NCBI RefSeq assembly: GCF_009914755.1
Contig: NC_060930.1
Strand: one strand, 5' to 3'
Source: the human T2T-CHM13v2.0 reference genome, Homo sapiens
Length of the DNA: 64,000 nt
In this document: in pieces, positions 1 through 14,084 of the stretch
How the letters are laid out: every line of letters begins with the position of its first letter
Position numbering within the stretch: the stretch's first letter is position 1
Notes under the pieces: generated by a model
Database searches by the model: none
What the model saw: the letters and a program-made list of their open reading frames with translations, nothing else
What the model was told of the DNA's origin: nothing
Position numbers and translations under genes: made by a program

Positions 1-690
1 AACCTGTCTATTTATCTCCATCTCTATTACCAATATCTAGTCTAAGTATCCCCATCCCCAATGAGAACAAGAGTTGCTTTAACTGTTTTTCTGCTTTCAC
101 TCTTACTCTAATGCAGTGCACAACACATCCAGAGTAATTTTTTTAAGTGTAATATAATTAGGAAATACAAATCCAGTAAGAAAGTTAATGGCAGTACTCC
201 AAACTCCTTACCTTATATGATAAGGCCCTGAAAACCTTTGAGTTTAGAACACATAGTAATCCTTTCTTGCTCACTTATTTTCCAGCCACACTGAACTTCT
301 TTAGATTATTTTACCAAACCCATTTTTACCTGAGGGTCTTGCTCTAACAACTTCTATCACTGGAAAGTCTTCTCTGGAGGATAACTCATTCTTATCCAGT
401 TTTTGGTGTAAATGGAAACCGCATAAAGAGGATTATCTTTACTATCCAGTAACTCCTCTCACATCACCGTCTTTTACTTTGCTTTATAAAACTTATTACA
501 CACATAGACATGCATGTATATGGGTATGAGTTTGTGTATTTCTTATTTTTGTTTGGTTTTCCTCCCACTTGAAAATTAGCACACAATAGCAAGTACCTTC
601 TTTTCCATCCTTAGCTGTTGGAAAATAGTTGACAAAATAGTTCACAGCGCAAAGTTGGGCCACATTAAATATTTTAAATGAATTCATGTA
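1..690 (+). mobile_element. L2 LINE 3' region relic
   Basis: Degenerate L2 motifs ('ccagccacactgaacttc', 'aaggccctg', 'cctgagggtcttgctcta') ending in an L2-type 'aaatattttaaatgaat' tail. Boundaries approximate. Confidence 0.6.
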
Positions 691-1634
691 TTCTTGGAAG
701 TCAGAGTCCATTATTAGTATATGAAAATTACATAGAAATGCAACTGTTTATATAAAACAAAGAAAAAATAGAATTATAAGAACTTAATTTACATATTTTA
801 CAATTTTCTGAAATTATATGTAAATGTCTTTCAATCTTCAATATTTATGAATATCATTATTAAATCTGGTTATTATTAATGTAGAGGTGGAAGCTATTGC
901 TTATCCTACTGAACTTGTTTGATCACCATCAAATTCCTTTTTACATATATTTTGGTTTGTGGAATGTATTATAAACTACATTTATTCTAAACAAAAGTCT
1001 TACTTTAACATAAAAATCTCACTGTATAGCACGTTATATGAGATTTCTTCTTCAGTAGAAAAGAAAAAGGCACTAAGTACTATTACTGTGGGAGAACTAG
1101 AGCATAGAGTATGGTCAGAAAAATGGGGGTAAATGTCCCATAATTTCAAATCAAGTCAGAGCAGTAGCTCTTTCACTTACAACCCAGGTCAGAATAATGG
1201 CCAAAAGGTGTCTGATCCAAGGAGTTTGGGAGAAAGTCAATACTTTCACCAATGATGTAATTAAATGAGGTAGAAATCTAAAGTTAAAGGAAATGTCTTT
1301 TCTCTTCCATGCTTAGTTTTCATTCAGAGTAACTTTGCCTTAAAACTCTTGACCTTCTGTTATTCAAATTTTTTTCTTCCCAAAAATGGCACAAAGAGTT
1401 ATCTAAATGGTGACAAATAGCCATTGGCTCAAAGTTGTTAGTTTACAGTACAGCTAAACTTTCAAAGTTGGCAGAAGAGTAAATCACTGTCTCTTGCCTT
1501 CCTCACTGGTACTGATAGAAGCCAATAGTCTAAGTACTCTGCTCTGCAGACTGGACATACTCATTTGGATTTTACACTAAGCTATATCCTCCTAGACTTT
1601 ATTATTAATGTAATACTTTGTTGGATGGAAGAAT

Positions 1635-2264
1635 TTTACACTAAGCTATACACTAATACTTTACACTAGGCTATATACTAATGCTCTGCCATATACTAAT
1701 ACTGCTATACAGTAACATACTTTGCTACATACTAATATACTATATATAGTATATTATATATTGCATATTATAAGTATATAGTATATATAACATATATAAT
1801 ATATATAATATATAGTATATATAGTATACTATATATCATATACTATATATTATATATGTATGATATATATATGATATATATGATATATATATCATATATA
1901 GTATACTATATATCATATAGTATACTATTCTTCTCTTTATTTTTTTGTGGATTGTCCTAAGTCCTGAATTTGCTATATATCATATAGTATATGATATATA
2001 TACCATATACTATGTGATATATAGTATACGATATATCATATATACTATATACCATATACCATATATCATATATACTATATACTGTATATGATATGATATA
2101 TAGTATATGATATATAGTATATATAATATATAATATAGTATAATATATGTACTATATACTAATATACTCTGCTATATACTAATATACTCTGCTATATACT
2201 ATATATATACTATAAAAGTTATATACTATATAGCTATATAGTAATAGCTATATACTAATACCAG
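1635..2264. repeat. TA-rich low-complexity/minisatellite expansion (TATAG/TATAC/TATGA units)
   Basis: Directly visible. Flanked by the 21-bp direct repeat tactttgttggatggaagaat (1614-1634, 2265-2285). Confidence 0.95.
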
Positions 2265-2923
2265 TACTTTGTTGGATGGAAGAATATGATTTATATTATG
2301 GTTCAAACTCAGGCAGAGAAAAAGAATGCTATTTCTTGGTTCAAACACTCACAGACCCAATAGGTCTAAGTGTGGTCTGTGTTTCTGTAATACCAGAAGT
2401 GGACTTGCCCTCTATTCCCTCCTCAGGTAGAATCTAGAAACGTTATAGATCTCTGGAGATAAATTGGAAAAATTGTATATGCAAACCTTGGACTGAAAGC
2501 TGGGAAGTGAGTACCTAAGATCTTAGTTAAAGGAGCTGAATAGTCAGGATGGCCCTGGAAGGTGAGTCTCACAGAAAGGCTGATCCTTAATTTTAATGTT
2601 CACCTCTAGAGCTCACTGCAAACACAGACACTAGGCATGGAAGTGGCAGGCTGACTTGAGATCTGATTCTTTGTGTGAGTAAGCCACCAGGAAACCCCTA
2701 GGCCTCTTTCTTTGTGACTAAGAATCTAGGCGTGCTGAGCCTTCAGGTGTCTAATAACATGATGGAGAACATGAGTTTATAGAGCAGGTGTCAATTAATA
2801 GGCATGTATTAAAATTTGGGGTGACATAATAAAATCATCACAGGACCTGTCTTATAAATTGAAAATTTTCTCACAACTGTGATACAGTTTGTTGACTAGA
2901 AATACTTACTTCCCAGATGATAA

Positions 2924-3315
<392 letters not shown>

Positions 3316-5163
3316 AGAAAGCAACATCTTTTAAATGGGAATACACAAGATCAGATTTATAGTAATTCTTCTTCACACTATTGCCACACATGCCTAGGAA
3401 ACTTTTATAACTGGCAGTTGGCCTTGTAAATTAATACGTTTGACAGTGCACAGAAGAATGTGTCACATGTATTTGTTTTCAATCCCCACACTTACTACCT
3501 TATGGTTTTCCTATGGTCCTTGCTATTAGAACCTATCCAATAAATGTAAATTTCATTGGCTGTCTACATTATTTACAGATATCTACAACTGAATGGCCCT
3601 CCTGCAAAATAAGCATATTGACTGCCTTCAGTTTTTGTTCAAACATCTTGGTTTAATTAGTTCAATGACAACCACAAAAATAAAGAGGCTAGGGACATCA
3701 TTGCTTGTTGATGGGCATGGCATTTTCAAAGCCACAGCATCTGAGCCTGGCCAAGCCTTTTCATTCTGGATCCCACAGAGATTCCTCATATCAGTAAATG
3801 GTTAATAAAATAATCTCAATTTATTAAACATTACCACTTGCCACTGTCCAAACATGTATATTGTTACTAGAATTGATAAGATGAAGCCAGTGAAATTACA
3901 TAAATTTCTTAAAGCTGTGAGTCATGTAAAAATTATCTTTGATTGTACCTTTAGCAATTTTGAACCTATTTCCAGGTCATGTACAATTGGTAATAACAAG
4001 ATTACTCTTGGCAATTATACACTTGCAGATTTCCTAATATTCTCAGGTGAAATAACAATATGGAAACCCATTTTCCTATAATGCTCAGTCTCATAAATGA
4101 ATACTTTTTTGTATAATGAAGCAGGAGCTTATTAGGCATGTCATCAGAGTTGAAAGAAAAAGTACAACAGACCTGTTTCATGATACAGTAGACTTTATAT
4201 CACAGAGTGCTTCAGAAAGAAGATATTAGATTTATAGAAATAATCTTGTCTCAGTTTTTAGTCAAAATTACAACATATTCAAAAGACTGAATACAAATTG
4301 ATTCAAACTTGAATTCATTAGGGAAGCTATCTAAATTGGTTAGATTTTATGCTTTCAAATGAGTTCCTTTCTTAGTAGACATTTGCTAATCATGCACTAA
4401 TCTCACTGCAGTGAAAGTAATTAATTCACAAATAGTTACATATTGCATTGTGAAGATACTAATGATATACTGTGCATGCAATAATTGGGAAATGGGCTAT
4501 AAAATATCTGCTTAACAATATCAAATGGGACTGGTCATTTAAATGTGATATGTAACATTTAGCATATAGAATTATTATTCCTGAAACGACAGAGGAGAGA
4601 AAGGTCATGGTCTTTTACTAATTCTACTTCTAATCAGCTTAGGAAAATGGCCTTGTTAGGAGGAAAATGGCAATATACTTTCAAGAATTAAGATATCTGC
4701 TATTCTTAATAATCTGTGTCTGTTGGATCAAACTAAAGAAAAGAAGAGAACTAGAGAGTGAGAAAAAGTTAATTATATCCCCAAAGGGACAAAGAGACAT
4801 GTATGTGGAGAATTCAATTGGAAATTTCCATTTCCAAACTAACTCAAAGTCCTGCAGCAGGTCATTTTTAAAATCAGGCTTAAAATACATATGTCTACAC
4901 CCAAGAACAGGATATTCTTTCTGAATAGCTGGACATAATTAAATGATTATTCTTCCTTAGTCCCTAAAAATTGGAGTCTAACACAAACAGTAAAGGATAA
5001 AAAAAAATAATGAAATCTAAGATGCCACAGATTGCTCAATTCATCACAAAATTGACAAACACACCATTAATTATTGGCTCTCTGGTTTTAGATATGATGT
5101 GAAGAAATACAATAAGTGTGCTTTAGAATGTATAAAATATTGTCAAAGCCAGAAATCAATGGG

Positions 5164-5300
5164 TGTATCAGTTGGGGGTCCAGAGAGGAGACAGGAATTA
5201 CATTAGTAATTTGAACAGGAAAAATTCTTATACGTAATTATTAACTAGAAAACATAATTAACTACTAGGAGGAGTAAAGAGACACCTAAAAAATAGAAGA
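5164..5300. mobile_element. Possible ancient LTR fragment
   Basis: Starts 'tgtatcagttgggggtccag...gaacagg', resembling termini of old ERVL/MaLR LTRs. Weak. Confidence 0.3.
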
Positions 5301-5689
5301 TTTTGGGCTTTCCTAATATTTGCAAGTAATGTCTCCCATTGCATAAAGTTGTCCACTCATGGACAGGATAACGCAAAAGTACCATGGCAGTGAGAAGACC
5401 CTCCTACCAAACTCACCATGTTTTTAAAAAATATTTTGTTTCCTGTTTTTAATAATTTTAATATCTTCTGTTATTTACATGTTATATAATGAGCATAGAG
5501 TCAACTAATAATTTAATTACAGTTTCAGTAAGGGATATGCTTATTAAAGAGGCAGATATTAATTCTATCACATGCTAGCAGGTTAATAGTGTGAAGGTAG
5601 GGTTAATATCCTCAGGTCACACTGCTACTTCCTGGACATTAATTCCTATTCATATAAAAATCACTGTATTGCAAAGTCTAATGACAATT

Positions 5690-8525
5690 TTTGACGTTAT
5701 CTTCTATGCCCTCATTGCATTTCTCCTTCTCTTAGAAACTCTTCCTCTTATACTAAAGATTTTATTGCCTGAGAGATTTTTCAAACCTATTTCTGTCATC
5801 TTGGCTAATGCCAACATGCATTTAGAGCATCCATGAAATCAGTGCATTTCTCATTTTCTCAACATTCTACTTTCCAACGGAGTCGAATGTTAAGGAAATC
5901 CATTTCACATCAGTCACACCCTCCCATGGCTAATCCAAGGATATTGCCCTCACTGTTCTCTCAAATAATGAATACAAACATTCTGCTGACATATTATTAT
6001 TCAGTTAATCAAGTGTGACCTCCATCACCTATCCTTGTTGCCCATTCTCAATTTCTCCCATTACACTTTTACTTTGACCTTCAGGCCTTTGTACTATTTT
6101 TTCTTCTATTCCATGAGGCCACTCTTGTGCAAATATTTTCACTCCTTTGAATTTTTTTAGTGATATCAGGAAAGCAGAGAGTAGTCATAGCTTCTCACCT
6201 GTGTGTCTATGTACCAACATGTGAGTTCCAGGTGGGACTAGATATTAATCCCCTTAGCCCTAGCCCAGGACATAGAAACTGGCCAATACCAGTTTCTAGG
6301 TATCATAGGCCAGCTACCTCTGGCTTCAAGAAGGCTTGTAAGTATGTAACAGATGTCAGAAAATGTTACCAATTTTTACTTGTGCTCTGATGTTAAAAAA
6401 AATTGTTGGCAAGCAATTCTTTGAATTAATGCAATAATTGTTTGCTTATGTTCAACTCTACTCATAAGCCATGCTCTGCAGTATCTGTTAAATTCTCATG
6501 CTATTTATAAACCTTTCTTAGATACCTTAGTATACTTTTAAATTTCTCTGCACTCCTCTAATATCTAATCTTGCTAAAATACATCATCCTTTCAAGAGAT
6601 GATTTAAATTTTTACCTCACAGAGACAATAGAAGGCAGAAGAGAAGCACTCCATCAAATTTAGGACTCGTAATCTTCATGTTTACACACATTTTCTCCTA
6701 CATTTTTGGTACTCTCTTTTTCTTTCCGAAAATAAATGTGATATTACTCCTACACATGTGGTTGTTACTCAAGCTTGAAGTTTTGGGGGATTCAGTATCT
6801 CCTTCCTCATCTCTTGCATCTTCAAACTTCTGCTTTTACTGTCTTCTTTGATCGGCATTTAAAACTATTCTAGCCTTTTCTACCTTAAAAGAAAACAGAA
6901 AACTTTCATCTTACATCATCCTCATTCTTTCTCTCTTCCTTCCTTTGATGCCAACTTCCTTTAAAGATTTAACTTATACTCATTTTCTCCATTTCCTTAA
7001 GTCAACTCAATTTCAGTCACAGAACAAGTGACTTCTGCCTTTCCCTCTACAGAAATTGCTTTTTGCCATTGTTACAGGACATCATTAAAGGTAAATCCAA
7101 ACTGCGATCTTTTGGTCCCCATCTTACATAATCTCGAGATGACATTGTTTATTGTTGATGTCTCTTAAGTGCACTCCTCTCAGCTACACTTCTCACTGTT
7201 TTTTATCCTTTACTTTGTGTGTCTCTCGATGTAGCTTCTGTGGTTTTTCTACTCGTATCTTAATTATTGACATGCCTCAGCTTTGGTCATGGGCTCTCTT
7301 TCTCCTCTCAATTTGTATACATACCTGAGTAAACTCATACATTATACTGGTTTTAATTTTTATTTTTTAGATGATTGACTCCAAGTTTACATCCTTAGCT
7401 CAGATTTTTCTTCTGTGCTTCAAAATCTCTCCTTCAACTGAAATATCTGAACAGCTATTGAAAGGTTAATTTGGGAAGCCCATAAAATAGTCAGATTTAT
7501 ATTTTCCAATATAAATCATTATCTTTCTCCCAAACCTTTGATTTCTAATCCTGTTTTTCAGTAAATAACACCAAGTCTATATAGATGCTCCTGTCAGAAA
7601 ACTGATGTTTCTTTTCAGAACCTCACTTTCACTAATTAAACTCAAGTGATACACACGTCCTGTAATTTTATCTCCATTTACTTCAGTAAAAATATGAGGT
7701 TAAAACAATTCCTAAATACTGTATAATAAATCCACTCTTCCTTCACCACTGCAACTATCTAATCCTGATTGTCATTAAATCTCCCTTCCATTACAAAAAC
7801 AGCGTTCTAAGTGGCTTTCCTGCTTTGGGTCTTATCTACGTGCTAATTCATTCTTCATCCAGCAGCAAAACTTCTCTCTCTTGAAACACAAATATGAACA
7901 TGACATTTGGCAGTGTAAAACCCTCACATATGTCTCAAATCCTCTTAAGGTAAAAGCCCAAATATCTCAGCAAGTTTTACAAGGTTCTGGAGAGTCTTCA
8001 CCCTTGTTAGGCCTCTACCTTATGTCTTGTCACTTTCTTTGCATCCACACTTAGCAGTCACTCACATGCACTCACTGTTGGACTCTACTCATAACAACCT
8101 TCTCTCAATCTCCTACAATATTTTTCTCATTCTTACATCTAGAGTTTTGTAATTTTAATTTTTTTTTGTTTGTGGGTACACTGTAGGTTATATCATGGCT
8201 AGGGATTTTAATGCTGTTTTCTTGGTGATAAAGAGGTCACTAGCATCCTGGCCAATTCCTGTTACTAACTATATCCCATTCTAGATGAGACTTATTTTGA
8301 GAAATCTTCTTTTTCTATGGGGGCAAATCTGGATTAGGTCCCCCTCCTTTGTGTCTTCAATACTTCCTGTTATGTATTTGCATCGCATGATACCACTCAT
8401 GTCTATGTTTAAGTTTACTGGTCTGTATCTCCCACTCAACTGTAAACAGAACAGTTTTCCCTACTATTGACCATTTAATACTCTATGCCCGGCACTATTC
8501 ATAATCCAATAAATATTTACTAAAA
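5690..8525 (+). mobile_element. Long L2 LINE relic (ORF2 remnant plus 3' end)
   Basis: Pyrimidine-rich L2 hallmarks ('aaatccaa...ttttggtccccatcttac', 'gatgattgactccaagtttacatcc', 'ttcatccagcagcaaaa') and the terminal 'atgcccggcac...caataaatatttac'. Most secure from ~6950 to 8525. Confidence 0.7.
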
Positions 8526-9079
8526 GCATAGTATAATAATAAACTCAGGATAAAATGGATGATAATATTAAATTGCATTTTACATTATTTAGAAATCACC
8601 TATACATACATTTGTCACTTTTTTATTTCACAGTTTACGGTTAATATGACATTTACTATCTTAAAGACCTCTCTTCCTTAAGAAATGGTCATTCTTTTAT
8701 CATTGCTGGACATGTTGTTTTAGTTTTTAATTATAAATTTGTCTTTACTAAAGCCAAACAAAAGGAATGTATTTAAAATGGATTATGGCTAAATGGATGA
8801 AGTAGTTATCACTAACTTAAAAAATTGCAGAAAAATGTAGAATTTAGAAAAAAAACAAAAACTTATTTTAAAAATACAAATAATTTAAATCCACTCTAGA
8901 GAGCAAGAAAGTTGTTAGTATATAAACTACCCATTAGGGTTTTTAACTTTCAGCCTATTTGATATCAGAAAATTTGTTTGGAATATGCACTTAAAGTAAA
9001 AATACATTGGCATATATCTAAACAATCAGAATGGGACTATTCCATATTATAAATGGAATTCTGGAAAAAATAATGGTAG

Positions 9080-11200
9080 TGTTGAAATAGTTTTTAGATT
9101 TCTGTGAATGCCCATCTAATAACAGGCAGATCAACTAGATAATAAAATTTAAAACCCATGAATGGCATGCACAACAAAATTTAGTGACATGGTATCCCCA
9201 TGAATACATACTCACATATACCAACAACAGCAACTCTAAAATTATTCACAAGAACCAAGAACAATGTGTCACATACATCTGTTCAACTGACAACCAAGGG
9301 AAATAATATGGCATCGTATGGGCCTGAAGACAAGATAATTCTTAAATAGATGTGAAGTATTCCCTAGAAAGCATAGTAAATCAACTTGAGAACAGCAGCA
9401 TGATTGAATGTGTCCTCTCCAAAATTCATGTATTGTAAACTTAATCCCCAGTGCAACAGTGTTCGGAAGTGTAACATTTTGAGAGATGTTTAGGTTATGA
9501 GGTCTTCACTCTACTACATAGATTAATGCCATTATAAAAGTGCTTGATGAGGAATTGCATCCCTTTTTGCTCTTTCATCTTCTGAACCTACTAGTGTCTT
9601 GATATTGACTTTCCAGCCTCCAGACTATAAGATAATAAATTTCTCTTCTTTATAAATTACCCAGTCTTAAGTATTCTGTTACAGTACAAAATGGACTAAG
9701 ACAAATAGTAAGCTCCGAAGGATTTTGTCTGCTTGTACAATGTGGGATTAAAACAGATAAACAAAAATATCTTCAGAACAGTGCATCCCTATAAACTCAC
9801 AATATTGAGCTGCCTCAGTTGTCTTCCCAAACAGGGCTACATATTGGGGAGAAATTGTAAGAAATTTAATAGAAATTGAGTAGGACAGGGAAAATAGACA
9901 TTAAAGACAGAGAAGACTAGACAATAGTAGGAGAAGGAATCAGAGACCTAAGATATCTTAGCATGCAAGCAGATATACACCAGAACAATAAACAAACAAA
10001 CAAACAAAAACAAGAGAAGAGACAGATTGCTGTGAATTGAAGAAAGCTACCCTGAATTATGTCTCTTTCTAAACATCCATAAAGACTAATAGTTTGTGAA
10101 AATAAGCAAAAGAAATTATCAAAATCAACTCCAATACAAAATTATTTAAAAGAAATGGAACAATATTCTTAAAGTGAATGAAAGTTTCTAAAATAATAAA
10201 AGCAAATAATGAAAACATTGTCAAAGTGAGATCCAATCTGCAATGTATTACTATTTCAAAATGAGCTAAAACATTTTGAGAAAATAACCTAAGCTATGAA
10301 GATACAAAATACCAATTAGAATACTCAGTAATGAGGTCATCAAATTCAAAAAAGAATCACAAAGTGAAAACTTTCAGAAATGAATATTATACCAAAAAGA
10401 ACATGACAAAGGATACATACAATAATTACGTAAGATAATTATTTGAAAAAAATCAAGTAAAAAGGAAATTAAGAAAGAGATAAAAATGATTTGAGAGAAA
10501 TAGGCAAATATTGAAACTATGCAAAGAAGATTCAATATTTGAATTAAAAGACTCCCTGGAAAAGAAGCAAAAGAAAGAAAATGAACAAACATTATATAAT
10601 TAATGTTTTTTATGAACAAACATTATACGACATTATATAATTAAACATTATTATAATTAAAGAAAACTTTCCTGAAAAAGAAAAAGGTTTCAAACTACAT
10701 GGAAAGATTAAAGAAAATATAGACAACACTCAGATATATTCTAATAAAATAACTGCATTTCAATGAAAAACTAATACCCTTTGGGCATGTAGCAGATAAA
10801 AAACAGCAATTGATTTACAATGAAAAGAAAATTAGATTAACATCAGACTTTTCAACAGCAACATATTATGCCAGAAAAAATGATATATTTAAATACTTAA
10901 GAATATTTAAACTGTGAGAAAAATAGAAAATGTGAGTCAAAGATTTTACAGAGTAAAACTGACTTTCAAGTATAAAGATCACAGACCTATGATCATGAAC
11001 ACCCAAGAATGCAAGAATTATTTCCATTAGCCCTCTCTGAAGTATATCCTAGATAAATAAGCTTTAAACAACCAAAATAAGCAGCAGAGATCAATATGAG
11101 AATAGGTAGTGTGCACTGTACATCTATCTACTTACAGAACCCAAACTAGATAAAGGAAAGTGTATTGTATATAATGCCTACAGGCTCAGAATATAGATAT
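9080..11200 (+). mobile_element. HAL1-like / old L1 ORF1-region relic
   Basis: A-rich ORF1-like motifs ('attagattaacatcagacttttcaacagcaaca', 'aaactgactttcaagtataaag', 'ttatttccattagccctctctgaag') resembling HAL1. No ORF2 follows. Confidence 0.6.
9396..9703 (+). mobile_element. MaLR solo LTR (MSTD/MSTC-like, internally deleted) nested in the HAL1-like element
   Basis: 'ttgaatgtgtcc...aaacttaatccccagtgcaacagtgtt' through 'ataaattacccagtc...aaatggactaagaca'. Confidence 0.85.
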
Positions 11201-11479
11201 ATAATAAAAATTAGAGGAAAATGAGGGCAATATATGAACAAAATTTAAAATGTTACATTGATTATATTTTTATATATACTTTTTAATATTTTTTATATAT
11301 GAAAAATGAGATATTCTGATTTTGTTGTCCCTTATTTTATTGAGACTAGACTTTTATTATGGAAGAAAGGATATACAAATATTATGCAGAAGATGTTAAG
11401 TGTAAGATTATATAATGCTGAATTTGAATTTGGTAGCTCTGGAATGAAGTAATGAATACATTGATCTGTGCCATATACT

Positions 11480-11772
11480 TGAAAGTATATTTTAAAAATG
11501 CGCACAACTAAACACTGCCACCTAGAAATGAACACTTGAATTATAAAAGCAAGAAAGTGATTCTCTGAAAATGAGGAGATTGGTTAGTTTTGCAGAAAGG
11601 GAGGTGGTACGTTGCCACTGGGCACATGGAAGATGTTTAGGGGTGAAGTTCGACTTCTTCCCCTAGGTGGTAGTTATAAGAGTGCATTACCTTGTTCATC
11701 TTATAATAACTTATTAAGATAGTATTTATTTTGTGTGGTTTTATGTATTTTCACAGTAAAATATGAAAATAA
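11480..11772 (+). mobile_element. Old L1 (L1MC/L1ME-type) 3' end
   Basis: 'gggcacatggaag...ctaggtggtagttataagagtg...ttttgtgtggtttt' matches old L1M 3' UTR ends. Confidence 0.65.
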
Positions 11773-14084
11773 AACGGAATTGTTTTCTAACTCTAGAAAT
11801 AAACAAAAATGAAAAACAGGTAATTCCCTTTGAGACTACAATATGCCGACTCTATGGTAAATACTGGTCCTGAACTCTGTAATTATTCCTTTCTTCAGCT
11901 CCACAGGTTCAGCCAACATAGAAATCTCGGGGTCATAGCAGGTACAGCACTGTTTTCTCACCTGCACTGCATCTCCCAAATTATTGTCCTGAATGAATTC
12001 CGTGCAGCCCTGCCCTTCATGGCATAATCTTGCCTGTTTCTACTCAAGGTCTCGGTGAGACCTTGTAGAGACCATGTGGCAAAACATTATTAAATATGAA
12101 CGTCTCTGAGTGGCTACTGCCGAGGGAGTGCTTAATAATTTTACAAAAGCAATATTGTTAAATCCATTTTCAAGTTACGTTTCATCTAGGAACTTACACT
12201 TCCCTTCTAGAAGCAGAGTGTATGATATTATTCCCTCTATAGCAGTGAGAAAGTGAGTGCGAAATAGCAGCAAAGCAGTAATATCAATGTCAAACACAGA
12301 GCATCAGATCATAGCAGAGAAATGAACAGCCAAGAGGAGGCTGCTTTGTGGGGCCAAGTAACATTTTGAAGAAAGTTTTAAATGAGAAGTATCTAGGAAC
12401 ATAATTGACTGCTGAGACAGGTAAAGACAGGCCTCTGTTTAAAGAGAGAAATATGACCAACTAAACTGACATGTGCTTCACCAAAGATGATGGGTGGGAC
12501 CTCACTGCATGCAAAAACAGAAGAAACGTTCACATAAGATTACTCCAAAAACTAGGGCACATTGTCTAAGAGTTTCGGTAATTTTTAACAGAGAAACAAA
12601 TGAAATGGTATTAAAAGTCACATGATGTAATACAAGTAGTCATTGTGTATAATACTGAAAATCACTACTTAATAAAATGTATATAATTTTCATATCATGT
12701 TGTGAGTTCTCACCCACTCTACTTGTTATCTTCAGTATATTTGTAGGAGGATTTTTAAGTTGAGAACATGAGTTCTTAGTCACTATCTTGAACATTTTTG
12801 AAGCTCTTAGACTGTGTTTGTATCCCACCAAGAGTTTGGGTACATTTCTTGAAAACCAAGGGTGTAATAATCTAACCACTTCTACAATTCAATGAGTTTA
12901 TCATTTCACAAAACACTGCCTACATGCATTTACACATATTAATGGTTTTAATATTGCCAACAGCTTAACACAAAATTTCTTCACATTTTGAAAGTATTAA
13001 ATATTTTCTAAAGGATGGAACTACTATATAAACATAAATTCATTTAACTTATATATAACTAACTTTTAAACAATTCATAACAATATAGTTGCTAATTTAT
13101 GTGTTTTTCTATATAGTTTTAGAATTACTAAAAGCTTTTTAAAGGAAGAGCCAGAAACGTTAATAATCTGAGGAAGTTCGGGTTAAAGTTTTAGATGAAC
13201 CCAAAATGTTATACAATTCCATGTTACAGTGAATTTCTTAAATAGTATTGTATCAGTCTTTTAGTTCAGAAAGCTCTTATGATTCCACCTACACAGAATA
13301 CTAGTTCCTGCATCTATGGTAAATATTCATATAAATGCATAGTAAGGTAATATTTGAGTTTCTCACAGCCTAATATTTCTAAGGAGAATTATAGCAACTC
13401 TTGGAGAATTGTTAACATGTCAATTCTAACCTCTAGTGAGTTGAAAAGTTTCATTTGAAATGAAAATTCATTTGATAGGTCTAAAATGCATAAATATCTG
13501 ATTATTTCCTGGCAGGCAACTACAGTAAAATCTCACACCTCAATTTTTCCAGATCTTGGAAGTACATTCATCAATGTCTACTGCAGTTTTTATCTGACAG
13601 AGAAGAAAAGCAAGCATTAAAACAGTAAATCAAGTTGGATTTGAAAAAAACAGGAAGTTACTTTACAGTCCAAATGACAACTACATAATTTAATGATAAG
13701 AGGTTTGTAAAACCACATTTTATTTTTGCTGGACAGTTTTAAAGGTAAAGATGATAGATCATACATGCTACTTATACAAATTAAGTTCTCCAAAGAAAAA
13801 ATGTCTAAAAATTTGAAATAAATTCAGAAATACATTGTATCACTCTTTTATTGTGGCATTTTAAGAATCTTGTTTTTAGGGGACTTAAAACTAGGAAAAA
13901 ATATTGAGGTCATCCAAGTTTGTATTATATTTCTGTTATCTTTTGAAATATCAAATTATAAAATATATCATACATATTGACAATGACATGGCAAAATAAT
14001 CAGAGACAAAATTACATATGTCCATTAAATTGGTAAATAATGTTACAAACCTTTATAGGGTATGAGGCATCCCATTGTTTGATA

